Assembly (NCBI GenBank): GCA_027451365.1
Contig: DAIDJN010000035.1
Span: 1 to 64,000 of the forward strand
Length of the DNA stretch: 64,000 nucleotides
Reading direction: 5' to 3'
From: Phycisphaerales bacterium
GTDB lineage: Bacteria > Planctomycetota > Phycisphaerae > WQYP01
Shown here: piece after piece, positions 10,556 through 21,201 of the stretch
How the letters are laid out: every line of letters starts with the position of its first letter
How positions within the stretch are numbered: position 1 is the first letter of the stretch
Notes under the pieces: generated by a model
Seen by the model: only the letters and a program-made list of their open reading frames with translations
Databases searched by the model: none
Told to the model about the DNA's origin: nothing
Translations under genes and position numbers: made by a program

Positions 10556-11383
10556 TTACCTTGCCAATTGCCGCCCACGTTCCTGTGCCGCCGCAAGGGC
10601 GGCTTCCATTAGTGCCTGAAAGCCACGCGCTTCCATAGATTGAATGGCAGCCTCGGTAAAACCGCCAGGACTGGTCACTTTACGGCGCAGCTCAACCGCC
10701 GAATCAGTTGATTCCGCCAGCATCTTGCCGGCACCTATTATTGTCTGGCGAGCCAGAAGTTCCGCTTCCGCCTTGGGCAGGCCCATTTTCTGTCCAGCGG
10801 CGGCCAGAGCCTCGGCCATGAAAAAAACATACGCCGGGCCGGATCCGGAAAGGCTGGTCACCGCATCCATCAGGTTTTCCGGAACTTCCACGGTTTTACC
10901 ACACGCCCCAAAAAGTTTGCGGGCCTTGGCCATATCGTCCGCGGATGCCAGATTTCCCCGGCATAGTCCGCTGGCACCGCATCCGACTAGCATCGGAGTA
11001 TTGGGCATCACGCGAATCACGCGAACGGGAGGCAGCACGCTTTCGATATAACGTGTGGATACAGCGGCTACGATGCTGATCAGCAGGGTGCCTGAGTGAA
11101 TGCCCGTCTTAAGTTCGGTCAAGGCTTCCGTTATTTTCTGCGGCTTGACCGCAAGAATCACACAATCTGACCGTGCGGCGGCCAATGCGGCATCATCCGC
11201 GCCGGCAATATGCAACTGATTCAAAAAAATCGCCAGGCGTTCCGCCACGGGATCAACTGCGGTCATCTGACCGGGCTTCAAGATTCCGGTGGAAATGATT
11301 CCGCGGGCAATAGCCTCAGCCATATTGCCTGCGCCAATGAAGCAAAGCGATGTCCGATGTGTGGCGGAAGAACCAGCGACCAT
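10556..11383 (-). CDS. proC: Pyrroline-5-carboxylate reductase
   Basis: GAGNMA, AVKPQ, RVMPNTP, SGSGPAY, VTSPGG. Confidence 0.95.
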   Translation of the reverse strand: MVAGSSATHRTSLCFIGAGNMAEAIARGIISTGILKPGQMTAVDPVAERLAIFLNQLHIAGADDAALAAARSDCVILAVKPQKITEALTELKTGIHSGTLLISIVAAVSTRYIESVLPPVRVIRVMPNTPMLVGCGASGLCRGNLASADDMAKARKLFGACGKTVEVPENLMDAVTSLSGSGPAYVFFMAEALAAAGQKMGLPKAEAELLARQTIIGAGKMLAESTDSAVELRRKVTSPGGFTEAAIQSMEARGFQALMEAALAAAQERGRQLAR

Positions 11384-12147
11384 ATTCCTGACTCCTGTGT
11401 GCCTGTCGGGTGCATCCATAGCCGATCACGAACCGATCGACATTTATTTGCCCCGATCAGGGAAAAGGGAAGTTTAACGGAAAATCGTGCGGGCGGCCAA
11501 AAGATGAAAACCGCCTTTTTAAGTAAAATGCGAAGCGCGATGGGCGGGCAGGAAAGCGTAGATTTTTTTCCGGGCGGCAATCTACTTTGCAGGCCAGGTG
11601 GCCAGACGCGTCAATCATTGAGTTGCGGTTTAACCCGCTGTGGATCGGCGGAGACGCAGTGCGCCCGGCTTCACCGATGAACGCTATTGAATGCGCGATG
11701 GCAAGATTCCATCACGTGCCCGGTTTATGTGGAAGATCGCTAAGTTTGTGATTCGAGAATATTTTTGTGGCCATCAGGCATCCTGAGGCTGTCTCCATAG
11801 CGGGCAAAATGAGGGCCGGCTCGTTTGGCAGGCACATAGAACGCCCCCCAGTGTATTTGCATTTTGCTTATCTGGGGGTCGGGCACCCTGGCCGAAATTT
11901 TACAGCTTTACTTTGGCTCTACTTGCTGTTCTTTCCTGATCATCCATGCCTTCATGACGGTTCCACACTCCAACGTTCGTAATTTGACCCGCTTGCGATC
12001 TTATCAATTCAGCCCTTTAAAAGCGTTTAAATTCACAGCGTGCGCGAAATATCCATAGCATTCATTTCGCGTCCCAATAGAAGCGGACACGGTCGGAATT
12101 TTGCGCCAAAACAATTTTGCCTGCGCGACAGAAGCTTAAAAGTCTGG

Positions 12148-13359
12148 TTAATTGGCACCCGTTGGCGAGTTTCCATCCGCGGCATCCAGCACCAGGCAGC
12201 TATAACTGGTCACCAGGACCGGGTTAAATTCCAGCCACCGTTTGGACCAGATATTTTTCCAAGAACCGTTTTTCCGCTGCAATGCGGCAAGCTTCTGGTG
12301 AATTTCCCGCCGCCAATTGTGCTGAATGCCATTGGCATCGGTAATTTCTGGCGTGCCCAACGCCGCCAGGCTGCGTGCAAACATCAGGTAATAATAAAAC
12401 AGCCCCATTTTACTGTGACCGGTTCCGGGATTGAAAGACAGTGTCCAGTTAGCCCGTATCCACTTAAGAGCGGCTTTAACCCGCGGATCGGTTTTAGTAA
12501 GACCGGCGTACACCATGCTTTTCAAGCCGGCGTAGGTCATGGTGCCGTACGCCGCAAGAGTGGATCCCCCCTTTAGATTATCCCGATCGCCCGCCTGCGA
12601 TTCGCCACCATTGGCTGCGGTGTAAATAAATCCGCCATTGCTGAGTCCTTTGGCGAAGGGCTGGGAATTTGTTTCGCTGTTTTCCTGGCACCGCGTCACA
12701 AACACCAGCGCCCGCTGAATGGCCGGATTAGAGGCGGGAACGCCGCTGTCATGCAGGGCGGAAATGAAAAATGTGGTATTGGAAAGGTCCGGCCGCCCCG
12801 CGCCATAACCCACGCCGCCATACCAGGAATTACCGGGTGTAATGGGCTGGCCGCTGGCATCTTTCATTGGCGCTACCCGTTGGAGGGAAATCAGGTAATG
12901 CTGGGCCTGGCGAATTTGTTTTTTCCATTCTTTGCCGGGAAGCATAGCCAAGGTACTCAGCACAATGCTGGTGTTGTAATTCTGAAGCATGTTGTGAACA
13001 TAAAAGCCGCCATCGGGCTGATGGGTACTTTCAATAAAATGCAAAGCGCGGGCAATGGCCGGGCTGGAAACGGGTATTCCCGCCTGCACAAAAGCCTTCA
13101 CCACCAGTGCGGTCGTGGCTGGCCCCACCTGGTCAAGCCAAGCCCCATTAGGCTGCTGGACGGTTAACAAATAATTCAGTCCGCGGGCCAGCACACGATC
13201 CTTCACCGCAACACCGGCTACCATAATGGCGGGCTTGGCCGTGCTGGCGCGGGCAATCGCGCAATCGTCCCCGCCGCCCAGCGGCAGATTCAAAAATACC
13301 CCCGCCCCAGCGAACAATGCGAACAATATTCCCAGAACCGGACGACCGAATCGCATCAT
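12148..13359 (-). CDS. Exported prenyltransferase/squalene-oxidase repeat protein
   Basis: Repeated L...Q..[ND]G[AGS][WF] motifs, DLSNT, YGTMTYAG; AAGGAG RBS. Confidence 0.8.
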   Translation of the reverse strand: MMRFGRPVLGILFALFAGAGVFLNLPLGGGDDCAIARASTAKPAIMVAGVAVKDRVLARGLNYLLTVQQPNGAWLDQVGPATTALVVKAFVQAGIPVSSPAIARALHFIESTHQPDGGFYVHNMLQNYNTSIVLSTLAMLPGKEWKKQIRQAQHYLISLQRVAPMKDASGQPITPGNSWYGGVGYGAGRPDLSNTTFFISALHDSGVPASNPAIQRALVFVTRCQENSETNSQPFAKGLSNGGFIYTAANGGESQAGDRDNLKGGSTLAAYGTMTYAGLKSMVYAGLTKTDPRVKAALKWIRANWTLSFNPGTGHSKMGLFYYYLMFARSLAALGTPEITDANGIQHNWRREIHQKLAALQRKNGSWKNIWSKRWLEFNPVLVTSYSCLVLDAADGNSPTGAN

Positions 13360-13829
13360 CAACTCCTTATTGCCAGTCAAACCCACGGCGGTTTGTATGA
13401 TTATATACGCCACAGACTCTCAAAGCGTTTGTCGCATGCAGACATACATGTGAGCCAAACCTAAATTTTTAGGTTATCTGATTCCACGAACATTGTCAAA
13501 TTGGCGGGCGGACCTGAATATCCTGCCCTCCGTTAAAGATTTGCCTTTGATGCACGAGCACATTCGTATAAAAGCGGACTACCGGGATTATTCCAAATCG
13601 CGCGGCATCCGGGCAAGGTTGTTGAGGGCGATCATTTCGGCTCATAAGTTTTTGCCGCCGCCACGACTTATGTTCGGCGGCATATCGCCCCATGGATGAT
13701 CCGCCCCGGACACACGCATTCGGCGCATTTGAATGCAATATAAGCAGTTCGCCGGGTTTCAAACCGCACGGCGACCGGTATAATTCATTTCAGTTCAGGG
13801 GTTGCAGATTTTGGTTATTGGAGATTGTT

Positions 13830-14246
13830 GTGCAGGAAAGTTCACCCGTCAGGTCTGATTCAACCGGAAAACCACGGAGCGATCCGGCGACGGAAATGGC
13901 CGCCGAACGCACGACGCTGGCCTGGATGCGCACCGGCCTGGCGCTGATGGGCTTTGGCTTTGTGGTAGCGAAGTTCGGGCTGTTTTTACAGAAACTATCG
14001 GAATTGCGCGGCATGCATATCCATATTTCGAGCAACCAGTCGTTTTCGGTCTGGATCGGCATTGCATTGGTGATGCTGGGCGTGGCGGCTAATCTTATTT
14101 CGGCGGTCCGCTTTGCCATGACCATCCGGCGCATGCGCGCCGGAATTCCTGCCCACCCCACGCAGTGGCCCCAGGCGGTCATTATTGCCGTCATTCTGGC
14201 GGGAATCGGGCTGACGATTACCGCCTATCTTGTGCGGCTGGGTTGA
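13830..14246 (+). CDS. DUF202/YidH-family inner membrane protein
   Basis: MAAERTTLAWMRTGLALMGFGF motif; 3 TM segments; GTG start after GGAG. Confidence 0.85.
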   Translation: MQESSPVRSDSTGKPRSDPATEMAAERTTLAWMRTGLALMGFGFVVAKFGLFLQKLSELRGMHIHISSNQSFSVWIGIALVMLGVAANLISAVRFAMTIRRMRAGIPAHPTQWPQAVIIAVILAGIGLTITAYLVRLG

Positions 14247-14359
14247 TCCGCCGGTTACTGGCCCAATTCTGTTTTCTGAAGAACAAGCCGCGTCTCTTCT
14301 TGTCTCATGGCTTATTCAAAGGCTAAGCGTCCGTTCTTTCTGCATCTAAACTGTATCGC

Positions 14360-16837
14360 TTATTGGTCATTGGTCAGAGCGCGGCTGCCGCGCCGCCGCA
14401 ACAATAGCCCCAAGCCACCCAACCCGACTATCGCCAGCGCGGTTGGTTCAGGGGCCGCCGGGCCGGAACCCGATGTGGCATTTCCGAAAATAATATTCGG
14501 ATCAAACGTGGCCCCAGGGCTGCTGGGAGTAACATCCAGCAGAAAATTGAGCGTGAAGGTGCTGTTTGGAAGCGCGCCGAGATTTAGGGTATTGTCCGTG
14601 AAAAAAGTATCGGCGGTCGAAAAACTCGCGCCAGTAAGCTCCATGGTTTTAGTTCCATTTAGATTCACGGCAAAACTAACGCTACCCGTTCCTGTTGAAT
14701 TTGCGCCAAGCAATCCGGCTAAAATACTCTGAGGGCCATGCGCCAATTGTGCCGGATTGATGGTCCAATCCACTTCGTTGTGGTAGGTGGCGGTAGAACC
14801 GGTGCTCATGTTGCTGGAGTCCAAGGTCATAAGTCCCAGTACATCGCTGACTGGTCCAGTGCCGTTGCCTCCCACATTAAAATTACCGCGCACGTTTGGC
14901 GAACCGGCTAAAGCCGCATTTGCATCGCTATTGGAAGGAAGTGCGGAGGCATAAGAGACGGCCTGAATACCATTGGCAGCAGATGAATCGCGGGCTGGCC
15001 CCATGGTGATCGCAAAAGATTCGGCATGGGCAGTTGCACCACTGATAACCGGTGCGCTGGCACTGGCTCTTACCGCCCAGATTGCCCCGCCACGGGAGTC
15101 TGAGTATGAGGTCGACGTTCCACCCAGGCCAGTCGCGTACGCATCTGCCAAAGCCGGCCCCGAGCCGCCGGTTGAAATAGTGGCTCCAGCATAATTGCTT
15201 CTCGCATAGGCGGTTGCGTTCACATTTTCCGAAGTAAGCCCGGTGGCCGTAGCCTTGGCGGTTGCACTGCCGACATTTCCACCCGACAAGCCGCCTCCCC
15301 GGCCGCCAAGGATTGTATAGATGCCCCCCTCATCACCGCCGAAAGCGGTGGCACCTACTGTAACACTGCCGCTGCCATCGCCAATACCCACAGCCGTGGC
15401 CATCCCCGCCCCTCCGCTGCCGGCGGTAAAACCGGTCGTGGTGCCGCCGCGTCCGCCGCTGCCGCCGTACCCATAGGCATTTACCGTAACACTACCGGAT
15501 CCATCGCCCGTGCCAGTGGCGGTAGCCACGCCGAGTGCGCCCTGGCCGCCGTTGCCGCTGTAGCTAATGCCGCCAGAACCGCCAGTACCGGTACTGACAA
15601 TGGTAAGATTGCCATTATTGGTTACCGTACCGGTCGCCAATGCCGTTCCGGGCGTTCCGTTACCGGCGTTGCCGCTGCTTGCGTATGAAATGCCTCCGAC
15701 GGTGTTGCTATTGCCCGCCGTCACATTCAAATCAATATTGGATGCCGCGGTAATGGTTGATTCCGCGTACGAAGTTCCTGCATTACCACCATTGGCCTGG
15801 AGAGAATGGGAGGCACCATAGCCGCCTTCGCCGCCATAGGCAATATTGTTGATGGTTATAGAACTGGGAGTCAGCACATTCGCCAGCGTGTTAAAATTGA
15901 TATCCATAATGGAAGAAGCATTTCCGGCCAGACCTCCAACAGTACCTGAACTTAAACTGCCGCCTCCGGTACCTCCGGTTGCACTTTGGCTAAGATTCAA
16001 TGCTCCTGTGGTGGAACCTAACACAGCGTAGGAACCATTGGCTCCCAGACTTGTGCCAGTTCCATTAGCACCACCTGCTGTACCAATTCCATATCCGCCC
16101 TGACCTCCAAATAAAGAAGCCGCGACGGTAACAGCGCCACCGCCCGTTGATGCGCCGAAAATGATTCCGGATGCCAACAAAGCAGTCCCGGCGTTGCCGG
16201 CGATGCCACCCTTGCCGCCGTACGCCGCCGCAGCGCTGACCGTAAGGCCCACAATACCAGTTGCGTAAACACTGGAAGCATCAATGGTGGCGTTACCGCT
16301 GGCACCGGCATCTACGCCAGAGCCACCATGACCGCTATTGGCATAGGCTCCGCTAGCCCCGATATTTCCAATGTACGGATTGGCCAATGTCCCTATGTTA
16401 ATTCCAGCCTGTGCGCTACCGCCATCCGCTCCCGCGCCTGCGGAGAAACTTCGGTTATAGCCAGCACCGCCGTTGCCGCCGTAGCCACCTGTCGCATGGG
16501 CGGTATTTGTTCCAAGAAATGTGTTCGTGGGAATTCCGGATGTGATGGTCGCATAGGCGTCGCCGCCGGTGCCGCCATTACCACCGTTGCCACCACCATT
16601 GCGGTATGTACCCGAACCACCGTCGCTGCCATTACCACCGTTGGCGATAGCGGGATTGTGAGTTGTATCGGAGGCATTCGCCCCATTGGCACCATTGGTC
16701 CCGATATCTGCAAACACCCTGGATGCACCCACAGACCCGAGCGTAAAACAGGCCGATATCACCATAAGTCTGGCTGCCACGGCGATTTTTACGGGCCTCT
16801 GACCGGCCCGGATTTGTACCGGTATTTGGTTAATCAT
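14360..16837 (-). CDS. Gly/Ala/Thr-rich PEP-CTERM surface protein
   Basis: Signal peptide; recurrent GGxGGxG...A.A.A units; C-terminus APEPTALAIVGLGGLGLLLRRR. Confidence 0.85.
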   Translation of the reverse strand: MINQIPVQIRAGQRPVKIAVAARLMVISACFTLGSVGASRVFADIGTNGANGANASDTTHNPAIANGGNGSDGGSGTYRNGGGNGGNGGTGGDAYATITSGIPTNTFLGTNTAHATGGYGGNGGAGYNRSFSAGAGADGGSAQAGINIGTLANPYIGNIGASGAYANSGHGGSGVDAGASGNATIDASSVYATGIVGLTVSAAAAYGGKGGIAGNAGTALLASGIIFGASTGGGAVTVAASLFGGQGGYGIGTAGGANGTGTSLGANGSYAVLGSTTGALNLSQSATGGTGGGSLSSGTVGGLAGNASSIMDINFNTLANVLTPSSITINNIAYGGEGGYGASHSLQANGGNAGTSYAESTITAASNIDLNVTAGNSNTVGGISYASSGNAGNGTPGTALATGTVTNNGNLTIVSTGTGGSGGISYSGNGGQGALGVATATGTGDGSGSVTVNAYGYGGSGGRGGTTTGFTAGSGGAGMATAVGIGDGSGSVTVGATAFGGDEGGIYTILGGRGGGLSGGNVGSATAKATATGLTSENVNATAYARSNYAGATISTGGSGPALADAYATGLGGTSTSYSDSRGGAIWAVRASASAPVISGATAHAESFAITMGPARDSSAANGIQAVSYASALPSNSDANAALAGSPNVRGNFNVGGNGTGPVSDVLGLMTLDSSNMSTGSTATYHNEVDWTINPAQLAHGPQSILAGLLGANSTGTGSVSFAVNLNGTKTMELTGASFSTADTFFTDNTLNLGALPNSTFTLNFLLDVTPSSPGATFDPNIIFGNATSGSGPAAPEPTALAIVGLGGLGLLLRRRGSRALTNDQ

Positions 16838-16916
16838 AATTATCTACCTAAAAAAAAGGAACTAAAACAATTCAGCACATTTCAAACGAGTACCAAGGCG
16901 ACGGTCGCACAAATCT

Positions 16917-18080
16917 TTACTCTCTCCATGCCGCTCTCACGACTCCGCGACGCCGCCCCAGCAGCAGCATTCCTGCGCCCGCAATACCGAGCATAGCCAG
17001 CGCACCGGGTTCCGGTGTGGGCGTTAAAAGAAAGGCTTCGTTGTGTTGTGGCCAGCTATTGTTGTAGCCCACTCCAACAATGTCGCCGAAGGAGTTGATC
17101 GCATAGGCGTCCTTCAGCAGGAAGGTATTGGGCAAATTGACCGTCAGGTTATTTAGGTCGCTCATCGCGCCATTGGAGTCAACAAAAGCATGGTAGGCCC
17201 CTGATGACACGTCCGACATCCCCACAACAATGCCGGAATCGCTAATACCGTTCGCGGTGCTGACGGAGCCTCCAGGTAAAACACCCAAGTCGCTCATCAT
17301 GCCGTTGGAGTAACTGAATGCGTGCCCGGAATAACCGTTCAACAAATAAGATGAACCCACTATCGTACCACCAGTGTTAATTGCGTTGGCGACGCTGTAT
17401 GTACCCCCCAAGGTGCCAAGATCCGTCATCGTGCCGTTCGAATAACTGAAAGCGTGCTCCGTTCTAATCGTTGCGGTGTCCGAGTTCCCCACCACTGTAC
17501 CCGAACCGTTTATGGCATAGGCGTAGCTGTTGTTCCCGCCCGGCAGGGTTCCTATCACTTGCAATCCACTGGCCGATGTGTATACGGTTGCCCTGGTATA
17601 TCCCGCCGAATTCACGGAATAACCGACAATTGTGCCCAAATCGTTTATGGCGGAACCCCGGCTGTAGGTACCTCCATATAGAGGAACGCCTAAATCCCCC
17701 AGATTCGACATTCCACCAGAAGAGGTATAACTAAAAGCAAACACACCGTTTGCCGCCGTTGCTTCACCAACCACTGTGCCGGAATTGTTTATACCCAGCG
17801 CCGCGCTGTTTGGACCTCCCAACGTTCCCAAATCTTGCATTCCGCCGGACGATGTGTAAATAAACGCATGCAATTGGTCGGAGGAATTGACGGCTTGACC
17901 CACCACGGTGCCTGAATCGTTAATTCCGAAAGCATAGCTGCCCGAACCCGAGGTCAAAGATCCCAAGGCAGTGAAATTATATGTCGTGGCCTGGACTGGT
18001 AGAGTGCCCGCGACCGCCACACTCGCAAGAATGGCCGCACTGATGACGCTCGGGAACATCGATTCCATTTTTATTTTCAT
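16917..18080 (-). CDS. HAF-repeat (extracellular beta-propeller) PEP-CTERM protein
   Basis: About 7 repeats of HAF.Y..G.M.DLG.L.G..S.A.GIN.SG.VVG; C-terminus TPEPGALAMLGIAGAGMLLLGRRR. Confidence 0.9.
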   Translation of the reverse strand: MKIKMESMFPSVISAAILASVAVAGTLPVQATTYNFTALGSLTSGSGSYAFGINDSGTVVGQAVNSSDQLHAFIYTSSGGMQDLGTLGGPNSAALGINNSGTVVGEATAANGVFAFSYTSSGGMSNLGDLGVPLYGGTYSRGSAINDLGTIVGYSVNSAGYTRATVYTSASGLQVIGTLPGGNNSYAYAINGSGTVVGNSDTATIRTEHAFSYSNGTMTDLGTLGGTYSVANAINTGGTIVGSSYLLNGYSGHAFSYSNGMMSDLGVLPGGSVSTANGISDSGIVVGMSDVSSGAYHAFVDSNGAMSDLNNLTVNLPNTFLLKDAYAINSFGDIVGVGYNNSWPQHNEAFLLTPTPEPGALAMLGIAGAGMLLLGRRRGVVRAAWRE

Positions 18081-18629
18081 CTGCAATCTCCACGAACTTC
18101 AGTAATCGAGTCCTTATGTTTTACTCTGGCGGTCCCCATTCGGTGGGAACTTAGTCATGACGATAACGCGATCTTTTGTTCTCGAATCCGAAGACGAAAA
18201 TGTTTTGGCGGGACGAACTCTCTCTCAACGCATCAGGCGACGCCTGATTCATACGCCGAGTTGTCTGACGCATACTACACCTTTGAACTAATTAACTCAA
18301 TACGTATAAATACGCATTATTCTAGAAATATCGACTCGCTATTTTCCGGACATCGGCCGCACAGACCACCACCATCGCGTTCCATTGGCCGCCCGATTTT
18401 TGAGAAACAGCGTGCGACAACATGTGCTGGCCAGACACGATTTTTTTTGTATTGAGGTTCGAGCTATGCTGCGCCGCGTTGCCAAATTCTGATATTGTTG
18501 CGCTGCGGCAGACGGTGGAGGCATGCGATTCCGAATGTTTCCGCGGAATTCGCCAACGCCGGCGGGAATAAGGCTGCACTCTCCGCTTATGAAAAATGCG
18601 AAGTTTCCGGCTTGCTTTCCCGCCGGGCA

Positions 18630-18638
18630 TGGTATAAT
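18630..18638 (+). promoter_or_regulatory. Extended -10 promoter (TGgTATAAT) for the DUF3300/DUF2950 genes
   Basis: Perfect TATAAT with TG extension 40-60 nt upstream of the candidate starts. Confidence 0.5.
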
Positions 18639-18698
18639 AAAGTCACTATTGTGAGAGAGTTGTGGCGGATTGCGTTCATTATGACGGGGTTTGACAAT

Positions 18699-20069
18699 AT
18701 GAATACGAGTCATGATTCTGTAAGACCGCTACAGTGGATTGCAAAGCTTTCGGTTATTCTGCTGGCGTTTAGCGTTAACGGCTGTGTGCTGTATGGCCAA
18801 TCGTATCAGGCCTATTCCGGCTACCAGCCCGCTTATCAGCCGGTTTATCAACCGGTGTATCAGCCGGTTTATCAACCGGCCAATGGTCAGTATCCCGCCA
18901 ATAACGGTGCGGTGACATATCCCGGCCCACCGGTGCAGGCCAATCCGCAGGTGGTACCCGCGATGTCACCCGAACAGATTGACCAAATTACCGGTCCCAT
19001 CGCGCTTTATCCCGACCCATTGCTGGCGGAACTGTTGCCTGCATCAACTTATCCTGAGCAGATTCAGCAGGCCGCCCAATGGCTTGCGTACAATCCGGCA
19101 CCGAACGATATATTAATTAACATGCAGCCGTGGGACGCCTCGGTCAAGGCGCTTGTACATTACCCATCGGCGTTGGCGTATATGAAAGCGAATTTGAACT
19201 GGACTGAGGCGCTGGGCGTGGCGTTCCTGAATCAGCAGGCGGACGTGATGGCTTCCATCCAGCGGCTGCGCGCTGCGGCCATCAGCGCAGGCACACTGCA
19301 AAGCAATCCGCAACAACAGGTTATTTCACAAAATGGCATTATATGGATCGAACCATCTAATCCACAAATTTTATATGTGCCGCAATATAATCCGGAACTT
19401 GTATACGAAAGCCAACCAAACATTTCCCCTGGTCTGCTCATTACCTTCGGATTCGGTTTTGGCATTGGCACATGGCTGAACAACGATTGCGACTGGCGCC
19501 AGCATTGGATATCCACCGGCGACGGCTGGCAGCGAAACTGGCAGCGTGACAACCGCGGTCACTGGCTTCGTCGTGATAACGGACCGCGCGGCCGCGATCA
19601 GAACGGTGCCCGATGGAACCAACCAGCACCGCGGCAGTGGACGCGCGACCGGAACCAGCCCATGCCCGCGATTCGGCCCGACATGAGTCCGCGCGGTGCG
19701 CTGCGGCAGTATCGTGGGTGGCAGCCATCCGTTCAACAAAATCGCGGTCCGCGAGTTAACCCCGGTTACCGCGGGCAACCTGGTCCGCGGGGGCAACCCA
19801 ATCGGAATCCGCATCTCGGAAATGCACCTGCCTGGCACCCACCTGTTTTCGGGGGCACCTACCGCAATCAGGCCACGGTGAACCGCCAAATGAACCGTGG
19901 ACGCCAGAGCCTTCAACATTCCGTTTACCAGCCCAGAAACCAGGGTGGGCCAGCGCGTGGCCGCTCCGCGCCAGACCGTGGCGGAAACGCATTTCAAATT
20001 CGGAATTCGAACCGCCAGGTGCAACAGGAAAGTCAGCGCGGGCGGCAATCCATGCGACACAAGCGTTAA
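18699..20069 (+). CDS. DUF3300 family exported protein with Arg/Gly/Gln-rich tail (start could be 18681)
   Basis: PIALYPDPLLA, WDASVKAL, LG.AFLNQQADVM.SIQRLR, IEP.NPQ..YVP.YNP. Confidence 0.85.
   Translation: MNTSHDSVRPLQWIAKLSVILLAFSVNGCVLYGQSYQAYSGYQPAYQPVYQPVYQPVYQPANGQYPANNGAVTYPGPPVQANPQVVPAMSPEQIDQITGPIALYPDPLLAELLPASTYPEQIQQAAQWLAYNPAPNDILINMQPWDASVKALVHYPSALAYMKANLNWTEALGVAFLNQQADVMASIQRLRAAAISAGTLQSNPQQQVISQNGIIWIEPSNPQILYVPQYNPELVYESQPNISPGLLITFGFGFGIGTWLNNDCDWRQHWISTGDGWQRNWQRDNRGHWLRRDNGPRGRDQNGARWNQPAPRQWTRDRNQPMPAIRPDMSPRGALRQYRGWQPSVQQNRGPRVNPGYRGQPGPRGQPNRNPHLGNAPAWHPPVFGGTYRNQATVNRQMNRGRQSLQHSVYQPRNQGGPARGRSAPDRGGNAFQIRNSNRQVQQESQRGRQSMRHKR
18822..18881 (+). repeat. 5 x 12-nt tandem repeat encoding YQP[AV]
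   Basis: taccagcccgct tatcagccggtt tatcaaccggtg tatcagccggtt tatcaaccggcc. Confidence 0.9.
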
Positions 20070-20105
20070 CCTAATTTTAACAGACCATTTTTCCAGGAGC
20101 GTAGC

Positions 20106-21149
20106 ATGAAGCCCATCACGGCACCTGACAGAAATCAGTTGACTATCATCCGTCTTGCAGCAGCCGGATGCATGGCGTTTGCCATGGTTCCATTCCTGAC
20201 TGGCTGCCAAAGCCAGCAGGCCGCCAGCTCCGCGCCGGTCGCCGTAAAAATGACCGCCCAGCCGGCTATCATGGCACCCGACACGCCGGCGGCCGGACAG
20301 GAAGTATTCACTTCTCCCAAGGCCGCATCGGCGGCCCTTCTAGCGGCTGTGGAAAAACAGGATCACAAAACATTGCACCGGATATTCGGTCCAGAAATAA
20401 AGAAACTGGTTACCGGTGACAAGGTTGAGGATCACCGCCATTTTGAGGCTTTTGTCGCGCACGCACGGCAAAAGTTTCAACTGCGGCAAACCAGCGCTGA
20501 TACAGCTGTCATTCATATTGGCAATAAGGCTTGGCCCTTTCCGATACCCATACGGAAAACCACGGAAGGACAATGGTATTTTGACACGCACGCCGGCCTG
20601 GCGGAAATTCTGGCCAGGCACATCGGGGCTGATGAACTTGAAACCATTAAAGTGTGCGATGCATACGTTTACGCCCAGCGCCAATATGCCGCCACATATC
20701 ACGACGGCAGCGATGTACTTCAGTACGCGCAGCGCATGGTCAGCAAACCCGGAACACACGACGGTCTCTATTGGCCCCCCGCCGCAAATCAGCCGGAAAG
20801 TCCGTTCGGCCCGCTGGCGGCACAGGCGGCCGCCGAGGGCTATACGCCTGGCGTGCATAAAAACAGTCACGGACCGCATCCATTCCACGGATATCTGTTT
20901 CATATTTTGAAAAAGCAGGGTCCGGCGGCACCGGGGGGGAAATACAATTACGTGATTAACGGCAATATGATCGCCGGATTTGGACTGGTTGCATTTCCAG
21001 ATAAATATGGAGCCTCCGGCGTGATGACCTTTATTGTGAATCAGCAGGGGAAGGTTTATCAGAAAGACCTTGGCCCGGATACGAACAAAATCGCTGCGCG
21101 AATGACACGTTACAACCCGGACAACACCTGGACACTGGTACAGGAATAA
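20106..21149 (+). CDS. DUF2950 family lipoprotein
   Basis: Lipobox LTGC; WPFPIP, DGLYW, PFHGY.F.IL, YG.SGVMTFIVN; usual partner of DUF3300. Confidence 0.9.
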   Translation: MKPITAPDRNQLTIIRLAAAGCMAFAMVPFLTGCQSQQAASSAPVAVKMTAQPAIMAPDTPAAGQEVFTSPKAASAALLAAVEKQDHKTLHRIFGPEIKKLVTGDKVEDHRHFEAFVAHARQKFQLRQTSADTAVIHIGNKAWPFPIPIRKTTEGQWYFDTHAGLAEILARHIGADELETIKVCDAYVYAQRQYAATYHDGSDVLQYAQRMVSKPGTHDGLYWPPAANQPESPFGPLAAQAAAEGYTPGVHKNSHGPHPFHGYLFHILKKQGPAAPGGKYNYVINGNMIAGFGLVAFPDKYGASGVMTFIVNQQGKVYQKDLGPDTNKIAARMTRYNPDNTWTLVQE

Positions 21150-21201
21150 CCGTCGGCCTGAGTTTGTCCGGCGGGAATGCGGCATGAACGGCCGGTCACA
21201 T

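Noticed and set aside
18146..18172. GGAACTT-N16-CGAT as a fourth ECF promoter
   Set aside because: Mismatched -10 and more than 500 nt from the next co-oriented start
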